Shown here: positions 1-6,474 of the stretch, piece after piece | Layout: each line of letters opens with the position of its first letter | How positions within the stretch are numbered: the first letter of the stretch is position 1 | Virus record (IMG/VR): IMGVR_UViG_3300007541_000015 | Direction: 5' to 3' (one strand) | Length of the DNA: 64,000 nucleotides | Origin: an uncultured virus (IMG/VR IMGVR_UViG_3300007541_000015) | Lineage: Duplodnaviria > Heunggongvirae > Uroviricota > Caudoviricetes | The notes under the pieces: model-generated | What the model saw: only the letters and a program-made list of their open reading frames with translations | Database searches by the model: none | Told to the model about the DNA's origin: nothing | Position numbers and translations under genes: made by a program

Positions 1-24
1 GTGAGCGGGAAAAGCGGGGCTAGG

Positions 25-186
25 TCAACCCCAACCCCCTTAAAACCCTCCAAAGGCGTTTTCGTTAACCATCTAAATGTTTTACCCCCCCCCCCCTTTT
101 TTGTCCCCTCCCCCCCCCCCCCTGTGTTTCTCTCTCCCTGTGTAGTAGTAGTAGTAGTAGTATAATAATAATAAATATATAATAAT
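25..186. repeat. Low-complexity non-coding region: poly-C tracts, (GTA)n and (ATA)n microsatellites
   Basis: C runs at about 85-96 and 110-123, gtagtagtagtagtagtag at about 142-160, ataataataa at about 164-186. Confidence 0.9.
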
Positions 187-437
187 GAAGAAACTCCTAC
201 CTACTGTTGCACTACCCTCCTGTTTTGGGCGGTTTCTATTATTCTAGCCCCCCTGCCCGCCTTAGAAACATCAATTTGCATAGTTATAGGTATAGCATAT
301 GAATATACATCATAGGTATAGGTGCAATTGAAACGACCCATATGAAATGGAGTCTATTTTGCAGGATAATATTTCATACCTAAACTGACATAGGCAGGGG
401 AGAGCATCTAAGCCACTTTCATTCTATTCCGCCTTTC

Positions 438-456
438 CATATGGTATGGTTCTTTG
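438..456. repeat. Cassette-boundary site 1 (half-site: CATATG-N8-CTTTG, right arm only)
   Basis: catatggtatggttctttg; matches the right half of the downstream palindromic sites. Confidence 0.75.
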
Positions 457-494
457 TCCAAATACCCTAAGAATACAGATTTTCGGGTTTTAGC

Positions 495-800
495 ATGAAC
501 GTAGCAACCGTGGGGCTTTGTGCAGGACGCCATGAAATCAAGACCAACGATGGACAACCCGTTGAACAATTCATTTTCCAAGAGATTGAGAATCCCTTGG
601 ACTTTGAATACCTTCGGAGCGTTTCCATCGCTTTCAACGCTGCACTCGATGTTTTCGGTGCTGATGTTTTGCACCTTTACGTCACCGGCCTTACTTCTGC
701 TTTGACCGCTTTTCTGGCGGTTTGCAGCACTCCCGACAGCGTGATTTTGATGCACTTCAACCGCGAAACGGGTAAATATGAGCCTCAGGTCTTTTACTGA
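495..800 (+). CDS. Cassette 1 protein (101 aa), small alpha/beta protein, possibly SAVED/Csx3-like fold
   Basis: Leaderless ATG 31 nt after ACCCTA box; GRH...LHLYVTGLT...MHFNRETGKY motifs; followed by hairpins. Confidence 0.75.
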   Translation: MNVATVGLCAGRHEIKTNDGQPVEQFIFQEIENPLDFEYLRSVSIAFNAALDVFGADVLHLYVTGLTSALTAFLAVCSTPDSVILMHFNRETGKYEPQVFY

Positions 801-807
801 GGTCATA

Positions 808-829
808 GGGCGAAAGCCCCCCTTCGGGG
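808..829 (+). terminator. Tandem tetraloop hairpins (GGGC-GAAA-GCCC, CCC-TTCG-GGG)
   Basis: Directly after the cassette 1 stop codon and before site 2. Confidence 0.6.
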
Positions 830-835
830 TCTATC

Positions 836-866
836 CCAAAGTAAGACCATATGGTAGCAACTTTGG
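836..866. repeat. Cassette-boundary site 2 (CCAAAG-N6-CATATG-N7-CTTTGG)
   Basis: ccaaagtaagaccatatggtagcaactttgg; first 20 bp identical to 1309-1328. Confidence 0.9.
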
Positions 867-904
867 TTGACTAACCCTATGAATCTGATTATCCGGTTTA
901 GGGT

Positions 905-1114
905 ATGATGACCCGAAAGGATTTCGAGAAGTTTGCATGGTCTTTTGCTCGAATTGTGGCGAGGCACTCTAACACAGAATACACCCTTTACGGGGTCTAT
1001 GATTTGATTTATGCCTTTTGCGACACCTGCAAGCAAATCAACCCGCGTTTTGATGCTGAGCGTTTTATGGCGCAAATTGAGAAGGACGCAGAAAACTTTC
1101 CTGCGGAGGGATGA
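905..1114 (+). CDS. Cassette 2 protein A (69 aa hypothetical)
   Basis: Leaderless ATG 31 nt after ACCCTA box; MTRKDF...NPRFDAERF pattern typical of small phage proteins. Confidence 0.75.
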   Translation: MMTRKDFEKFAWSFARIVARHSNTEYTLYGVYDLIYAFCDTCKQINPRFDAERFMAQIEKDAENFPAEG

Positions 1115-1116
1115 AT

Positions 1117-1257
1117 ATGGACAACTGTAAATACTGCAAAAGCGAAAGATGCGGAACGTCAATCCGTTACTGCCGGACTTGTTCCGGTGTGACTGAAATG
1201 CGAGCGTGTGATGAGCGAGCAGATGATGAAAGATGGTGCAACGGGAGGCGGTGTTAA
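1117..1257 (+). CDS. Cassette 2 protein B, Cys-rich 46 aa (MDNCKYCKSERCGTSIRYCRTC...)
   Basis: Translated by hand; GGAGGG RBS upstream; two CxxC pairs; followed by hairpin 1277-1294. Confidence 0.6.
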   Translation: MDNCKYCKSERCGTSIRYCRTCSGVTEMRACDERADDERWCNGRRC

Positions 1258-1308
1258 GCCCAAAACGACCAATGACCCACCCTTTAGGGGGTGGCGAGGT
1301 CATTTAGA

Positions 1309-1339
1309 CCAAAGTAAGACCATATGGTTGTTATCTTTG
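1309..1339. repeat. Cassette-boundary site 3
   Basis: ccaaagtaagaccatatggttgttatctttg. Confidence 0.9.
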
Positions 1340-1407
1340 TTGAACAACCGTAAGAATACCGACAATTCGGCATGGGTGCTGAAATAGGCACAAAATGAGG
1401 TATAACG

Positions 1408-1683
1408 ATGAAATACGAGACATACTGCAATTATTGCGGCTACGACATTGTGATTGAAGGGGTTGTAATCAACAATTTCGACCCTGAGGAAATTTTTTGC
1501 GAGGAATGCGGTGAGGAACCGTTGTCCGAGGAAGAGAAAGCCCGAAAAGCCGAGGAACGGCGAACCTGCGACATTGAATGGCTTAGGTCAATTTCGCACC
1601 ACTTCGACACCGAGGCCATGAAAAAAATCGTCGCCTTGCCCGGTTATGCCGACAAAGGCATCACAATGGCCGACCTCGCTTGA
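1408..1683 (+). CDS. Cassette 3 zinc-ribbon protein (91 aa)
   Basis: CNYC...CEEC; GAGGT RBS; hairpin at 1725-1756. Confidence 0.75.
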   Translation: MKYETYCNYCGYDIVIEGVVINNFDPEEIFCEECGEEPLSEEEKARKAEERRTCDIEWLRSISHHFDTEAMKKIVALPGYADKGITMADLA

Positions 1684-1724
1684 ATTGCGAGCAATCGGAA
1701 CAACTCACGGCAAACGCCGAGGCC

Positions 1725-1756
1725 GGACGGGAGGGGGCTGCGGCCCCTTCTCGTCC
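1725..1756 (+). terminator. GC-rich stem-loop at end of cassette 3
   Basis: ggacgggagggggc-tgcg-gccccttctcgtcc. Confidence 0.6.
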
Positions 1757-1774
1757 TCATCGGGTAATTGAAGC

Positions 1775-1807
1775 CCAAAGTATCAAACCATATGGTTTAT
1801 TGCTTTG
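1775..1807. repeat. Cassette-boundary site 4
   Basis: ccaaagtatcaaaccatatggtttattgctttg. Confidence 0.9.
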
Positions 1808-1903
1808 TTAAATGAAATGATAAACCCCATATACCTTCTTTTGGTCGTTTAGGTGTCGAAGGGGGACACAAAACCGGAGACACAACCTAACGAGGTGAAC
1901 ATC

Positions 1904-2422
1904 ATGGAAAAAGATACAGAATATTGGACTTCAAAGGTCCAAACGGTGAATGCATGGATGGAGCAGAATGACGCGGGCAGTATGTCTGAAGTCTTGAGGC
2001 TCCAAAACGACCTGTTGGCGGCTAACGTCGCAAATCCTACCGAGGCGGAACGTCTTTGGACGGCAATTCGCGCCATTGGCGCTATGCTCCCAAATACGTT
2101 TGTCAAGCGCGGTCGCGGCTCGACTCTCTCACCGGAGATTCAGGCCGCTGTGGATTCTGTGGCGAATGCGGTCGAAACTGCCTTTGCGGGCTTTTATGAG
2201 GCGAATTGGGCTCTTCTTTCGGGAATTGTCCTTCCTCACGGAAAGACGGGCGGTTCTTACGCTTCGGCTCAAGATGCCGCAAAGAACGAAGGAGCGCGTG
2301 TTTCGCGTGTTCTGAAGACGGCTCTCAAGGAGGACCGTTGGGATGGCTCCGCTCAAGACGGAATGCCGCTCAACCTGATTCCTCCAATGGCCTCTGAAAC
2401 GGAGGGCGATGAAGAGGAGTGA
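1904..2422 (+). CDS. Cassette 4 protein (172 aa), paralog of 3558-4043
   Basis: GAGGTGA RBS before ATG 1904; shares AWMxxNDAGxM, RLWxAIRAIxAMLPN, GRGS and HGKxGG with the 3558-4043 product. Confidence 0.85.
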   Translation: MEKDTEYWTSKVQTVNAWMEQNDAGSMSEVLRLQNDLLAANVANPTEAERLWTAIRAIGAMLPNTFVKRGRGSTLSPEIQAAVDSVANAVETAFAGFYEANWALLSGIVLPHGKTGGSYASAQDAAKNEGARVSRVLKTALKEDRWDGSAQDGMPLNLIPPMASETEGDEEE

Positions 2423-2454
2423 TTTTCGGGATTGTGTCCCCCTTTGGCCCCTTT

Positions 2455-2470
2455 GCCCCCTTCGGGGGGC
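2455..2470 (+). terminator. UUCG-tetraloop hairpin ending cassette 4
   Basis: gccccc-ttcg-gggggc. Confidence 0.6.
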
Positions 2471-2492
2471 ATTGGGGTTCATTGCAAGCAAT

Positions 2493-2523
2493 CAAAGTCT
2501 AGAACCATATGGTATGGCCTTTG
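2493..2523. repeat. Cassette-boundary site 5
   Basis: caaagtctagaaccatatggtatggcctttg. Confidence 0.9.
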
Positions 2524-2560
2524 AATGAAATATACCTTAATCATCTTTAACTGCCGGTTA

Positions 2561-2938
2561 GGGATGGTTAGTATTTTCCATTCCCTCCCCGGTATTCGTG
2601 ACTGAACGGGTGAAATAAAATAACCGTTTTCCTCAGACGTAGCGAGGCGCGTGGAAGTTGTGTCGAAACTCCTGCTTTAACCCAGCACAAGGCAACATTA
2701 AGCAAAGCACCCCCGCATTGCTTGAAATAAATTATGAGTTGGTGGTGATGCCTAAGTCACATTATGTGGCCCATGATTCCCTATTCCAATGGTTTAGGGA
2801 TAGTGCGTCAAAAAAGGCCTCATAATTGGTCCATTAAGCCGATGCCCTAAAATAATTAAGCGAATTGAATAGAAATCTGAATTGCGCTACCGCCGGGGCA
2901 AATCATCCTTAATTGGATGATTTTGGGGGTAGCGTTTT
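2561..2938 (+). ncRNA. Putative structured non-coding RNA occupying cassette 5
   Basis: Promoter-like ACCTTAATCA at 2534; no ORF of 60 aa or more; multiple helices incl. AATTATGAG(2730-38)/CTCATAATT(2819-27) and a long terminal hairpin 2885-2934. Confidence 0.5.
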
Positions 2939-2946
2939 AACAAACT

Positions 2947-2977
2947 CAAAGACTACTACCATATGGTTCGCACTTTG
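2947..2977. repeat. Cassette-boundary site 6
   Basis: caaagactactaccatatggttcgcactttg. Confidence 0.9.
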
Positions 2978-3042
2978 GTTTATGCAGAACCTCGCCTCCC
3001 TGCCCCTAAGGGCAGGAAGGGTCATTGGTTCCCGTTTTCCCC

Positions 3043-3348
3043 TCATTCATCGTAGTGAATCATCTTTCGCAGCGTGTTGATGGTGTCGAGGCATTCACGC
3101 AAACGCCTCAATTCGTCGCGCTGGTTCTGCCAATAACCATGATATTCATCACGCTTCTTTTGGGTTTGACGCAAAGCGTCCTGTGTCTGTTCAGCCACTT
3201 GCATCAAGTCAATGAGAGCAGTTAGGGTGTTCTCGCTGAGGTCTTCTGTCTTCGTCACTTTTTCAAGCGTTTTTGCGAGTTTTAGAGCATGATTGACGCT
3301 CACAAGCCCACAATTCGTCAGGTTCCTGATTTTCTGTTCTGTTACCAT
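3043..3348 (-). CDS. Cassette 6 coiled-coil protein (about 101 aa, MVTEQKIRNL...)
   Basis: GGAGG RBS before ATG 3348; hairpin 2999-3016 downstream; ACCCCA promoter box at 3398 (-). Confidence 0.75.
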   Translation of the reverse strand: MVTEQKIRNLTNCGLVSVNHALKLAKTLEKVTKTEDLSENTLTALIDLMQVAEQTQDALRQTQKKRDEYHGYWQNQRDELRRLRECLDTINTLRKMIHYDE

Positions 3349-3407
3349 GTTTTTTGCCTCCTTGGACACCCAAAGGTAACAATTACGGTTTATGGGGTAG
3401 CCAATAG

Positions 3408-3439
3408 CCAAAGTAGGCTACCATATGGTTTGGACTTTG
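3408..3439. repeat. Cassette-boundary site 7
   Basis: ccaaagtaggctaccatatggtttggactttg; 3419-3439 is the exact reverse complement of 4135-4155. Confidence 0.9.
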
Positions 3440-3557
3440 CATTGTAAATGAAACCCTATTATTATTTTTTCTTTTGGCGACTTACATGAACATTCCCGTC
3501 CTACGGGGGTCAATGCGCCTAAGAAAAATTGGGGCCTCATGGGGAGATTTGACACAA

Positions 3558-4043
3558 TCACTCTTCCTCGTTCACCTCCTGAACGGGGAAAATCTGAGAA
3601 TACAGCCCTTCGCGGGTTCCATCCCAGATTTCGTCGTTGTATCGCTTCTTCAGGTCAGAAGCCATTTTCGCCGCATGGGTTTCAATGACTTCATCCTGAT
3701 TGGCGAAAAGACCGCCACCGCTCTTTCCGTGCTTTCGCATCAAATAGCGGTTTTCTGCGGCATTCCACGCCAGACCCATTTCAACGCCGTAATCGTGAGA
3801 AATGGCATCAATGAGGGTTTGGACCTCAACAGGCAGGGAAGAACCACGGCCCTTCTTGATTGGCGAATTGGGCAGCATTGCTGCAATTGCCCTGATTGCT
3901 TGCCAAAGGCGGTCGCGGTCTTGTTCGGTTTCGGCAGGGAGGGCCATTTGTGCTTCAAGCACTTGAGCCATCGCGCCAGCGTCGTTTTCGTTCATCCACG
4001 CACGAACTTTTTGAAGGTTCTTTGCATACTTTTCTTGTTCCAT
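3558..4043 (-). CDS. Cassette 7 protein (161 aa), paralog of 1904-2422
   Basis: GAGGTGA RBS; collinear similarity to the cassette 4 product, incl. acidic EEE C-terminus. Confidence 0.85.
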   Translation of the reverse strand: MEQEKYAKNLQKVRAWMNENDAGAMAQVLEAQMALPAETEQDRDRLWQAIRAIAAMLPNSPIKKGRGSSLPVEVQTLIDAISHDYGVEMGLAWNAAENRYLMRKHGKSGGGLFANQDEVIETHAAKMASDLKKRYNDEIWDGTREGLYSQIFPVQEVNEEE

Positions 4044-4134
4044 GATGTTTCACCTCGTTTTGGTGTCTTGTCTCCCCATGAGACAACTAAGCCTTCAATT
4101 TGGGGACTAATAGGGTTTATTTCATTCTTCAACT

Positions 4135-4163
4135 CAAAGTCCAAACCATATGGTAATGCTTTG
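4135..4163. repeat. Cassette-boundary site 8
   Basis: caaagtccaaaccatatggtaatgctttg. Confidence 0.9.
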
Positions 4164-4208
4164 AATTACCACAAGGGACTTACGGATTAACCTGCCCTTG
4201 TGCCTAAT

Positions 4209-4403
4209 TTAGCACCAATCACCTTCAAAGTCTTCAGAGCCCATCGCTTTCATAAAAGCAACACATTCATAGCACCAATTCCGGTCATACATGAATTTAT
4301 AGCCCCTGATTACAGGATGACGGCTGCATTCATATTTGCCCCTTTCACGAGGCGTTCCGTCTGAGTATGTTCCGCGATTTTTCTCATATGGCTTCTCTTC
4401 CAT
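4209..4403 (-). CDS. Cassette 8 protein (64 aa, Cys/His-containing)
   Basis: Leaderless ATG 31 nt after ACCCTA box (4434, -); CSRH...CYEC; hairpin 4170-4202 downstream. Confidence 0.7.
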   Translation of the reverse strand: MEEKPYEKNRGTYSDGTPRERGKYECSRHPVIRGYKFMYDRNWCYECVAFMKAMGSEDFEGDWC

Positions 4404-4440
4404 GTTGAAAACTCTATTTTGAGGGATTTAGGGTTATTAA

Positions 4441-4465
4441 CCAAAGTTACAACCATATGGCTTTG
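4441..4465. repeat. Cassette-boundary site 9 (left arm intact, right arm collapsed)
   Basis: ccaaagttacaaccatatggctttg. Confidence 0.8.
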
Positions 4466-4604
4466 TTCCAAATTTTTTATTTCAATGTTTATTTTGCAAC
4501 GTTGATTTTATTACTTCAACCATGCTAAATTAACATAAAAACTCGCCATTTTGCGCCATTGGTGTCAATCTGGTAGCAATAGTTTGGCCTACCGGCATGG
4601 TTAT

Positions 4605-4856
4605 ATGCCCTACAAGACTACGACAATACGAGGGAAGCATTTGGCTACTGAAGATTCAGTCAAACAACATCTTAGTGCAGTAGTTGCCTCTATCGAGTCA
4701 TTACTCGCAGACATACAGGGAAACGCTGCTAAAGATAGCAAGCAATCCGATGAAGTCAAACAACTCGTTAAGGAGATACAGAAACAATTAAACACAGTCA
4801 AAAAAGAATTACTTGACTACATGAACCCCAAAACCGTTCAAACAACATTGTTTTGA
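4605..4856 (+). CDS. Coiled-coil hypothetical protein ending in QTTLF (clamp-binding-like motif)
   Basis: ORF from ATG 4605 (MPYKTTT...). Confidence 0.6.
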   Translation: MPYKTTTIRGKHLATEDSVKQHLSAVVASIESLLADIQGNAAKDSKQSDEVKQLVKEIQKQLNTVKKELLDYMNPKTVQTTLF

Positions 4857-4990
4857 TTCGATTGTTTACTTTGCAAATTAAACATTTAAATGTTAACATT
4901 TTTTCGTTAAAATAAAAAAGCGCAGGTTAGAAGATTCAAATTTTAAACTGGAAATACATAAATTAAAATTTAAAAATAAACGCTAGTGCC

Positions 4991-5223
4991 AAAAAAATTC
5001 CGCGCCATTTTTTGAGAAACTTTTTCATTATACAGCATAGGTGAGCAATATGAGTTGGGAAAAAATTGTTAAACAAGAAACACATCTTCTAGATGCAAAA
5101 GAATTCATAGACAGAGCAATTATTAGTCTAGCAAGAACAGGCGAACATGGAGAAGTTCGTATGGAATTAACTCGCATTCTCGATAAACTGTGATAAAAAA
5201 TTCCGCCCCATTTTTTTGAGAAA
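4991..5223 (+). repeat. Two imperfect ~29 bp direct repeats (AAAAAATTCCGCxCCATTTTTTGAGAAA)
   Basis: Copies at 4991-5019 and 5195-5223 flank ORF 5050-5193. Confidence 0.8.
5050..5193 (+). CDS. Small protein (47 aa) with N-terminal MSWEKIVK motif
   Basis: Translated by hand; GGTGA RBS. Confidence 0.7.
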   Translation: MSWEKIVKQETHLLDAKEFIDRAIISLARTGEHGEVRMELTRILDKL

Positions 5224-5238
5224 AACAAGGTGACTAAT

Positions 5239-5493
5239 ATGACTTGGGAAGACGTTATTAAAGAAAATCCAAAATTTAGGATGGGTGGGAGAGTTACTCA
5301 CAGTCCTCAAAAAGCCGCTAGATTTACTGAAAGTATGATTAATGATTTGCTAAAAGAGATTATGGAATTGGAAACAGTTCAAGAATTAGCAAGAAATGAT
5401 AACCTTACTAGAGTTGCACACAGAGCCTTTGCTGATGGGTTAAATAGAATCCTCGGTTATAATGAAGAATTACGTGATATGTTAAAAGAATAA
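5239..5493 (+). CDS. Hypothetical protein, MTWEDVIK motif
   Basis: AGGTGA RBS; shared motif. Confidence 0.75.
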   Translation: MTWEDVIKENPKFRMGGRVTHSPQKAARFTESMINDLLKEIMELETVQELARNDNLTRVAHRAFADGLNRILGYNEELRDMLKE

Positions 5494-5503
5494 GGTGATT
5501 AAT

Positions 5504-5833
5504 ATGACTTGGAAAAACATCATATTAAAAAATGAAGAATTTAAAGACGAGAAATTTTTTATTAGCGAAAATGGTAACAGTTTCATAAGTGGCTCGTTTA
5601 ATACCGCTGACTTAAGATTCGGTTTAAAAGGCTCTACCTTTGGTAAAATTATAGATTTAGCCAAAGGCCACAAAGATGCTTTTAAGTCTTATTCCATTGA
5701 TACAAAAAATGGAGTCATTTTAGATTTTAAGATGGACCCCTATAATGAAAAGATGAATGAGGCATTTGACACGTTAGTGACTGAGATTTATCAATTGTTA
5801 AGAAAATCAAAATATGTGAATCTGTTTGCATGA
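5504..5833 (+). CDS. Hypothetical protein, MTWKNIILK motif
   Basis: AGGTGA RBS; shared motif. Confidence 0.75.
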   Translation: MTWKNIILKNEEFKDEKFFISENGNSFISGSFNTADLRFGLKGSTFGKIIDLAKGHKDAFKSYSIDTKNGVILDFKMDPYNEKMNEAFDTLVTEIYQLLRKSKYVNLFA

Positions 5834-5843
5834 GGTGAGAATT

Positions 5844-6116
5844 ATGACAGACTTCGATTGGTATAACCAAAAAGAATACAGTTTCACAAAAGCCCCTATG
5901 TGCCGCGTTTCAAAGTGCGCGGCGCGATTGTGTGTTTATAACGCAGGTGGAAAATGCACCCTTCCCGAAGTTGAAATCAACTCAAAGGGAAGTTGCGAAT
6001 CTTTTAGGGATGAAGGCGAAAGAGCATTAGGTAGTCTTAATCAAGCAGGAAGAACTCCTAAGATGGACCTTCCAAACCCTCTTAAGAATGTTCAAGACCA
6101 TTTGAAGCGTAGGTGA
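5844..6116 (+). CDS. Cys-rich small protein (DUF1540-like)
   Basis: CAARLCVYNAGGKC...CESF; GAGGTGA RBS. Confidence 0.6.
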   Translation: MTDFDWYNQKEYSFTKAPMCRVSKCAARLCVYNAGGKCTLPEVEINSKGSCESFRDEGERALGSLNQAGRTPKMDLPNPLKNVQDHLKRR

Positions 6117-6120
6117 TATT

Positions 6121-6474
6121 ATGACTTGGTTTGATATCGTAAAGATTCAAACCGCTAATAGTATGTTTTCCGAATTGGCTAATCCGAAGCAAAAGGTAGC
6201 AGAAGTTGAAACATTTGGCGACTCCTGCTGCGAAACTGCTAGAGAACAATTAAAAGACCTTATATTGAATAGTCAAGGTTATCTATTAACAAGAACAGGT
6301 GCTAAATTATACGGTCAAGATGCAGCAAACCACATTGATGGCAAAGATTGTCAATGGTTAAAAAGTTTCATTCAACGAAGGTATGACACAAGAAATCACT
6401 CTAGTGTAAACCCCAGAAATAAAGAAGAAATTGAAAGAATTTATAATGATTGGGAGGAATGTGAACGTGCCTGA
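6121..6474 (+). CDS. Hypothetical protein, MTWFDIVK motif
   Basis: AGGTGA RBS; shared motif. Confidence 0.75.
   Translation: MTWFDIVKIQTANSMFSELANPKQKVAEVETFGDSCCETAREQLKDLILNSQGYLLTRTGAKLYGQDAANHIDGKDCQWLKSFIQRRYDTRNHSSVNPRNKEEIERIYNDWEECERA

Noticed and set aside
408..1303. Minus-strand ORFs 408-806 and 803-1303
   Set aside because: Antisense to cassette genes and cross the palindromic sites and hairpins; no RBS or promoter support
3474..4190. 238-aa + strand ORF
   Set aside because: Antisense shadow of 3558-4043, which has an RBS and a paralog; it also runs through site 8. A promoter-like box at 3453 leaves an antisense transcript possible
438..4465. CRISPR array interpretation of the repeated palindromes
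   Set aside because: Spacers are 300-720 bp and contain genes; repeats are degenerate with variable internal spacing; no cas operon
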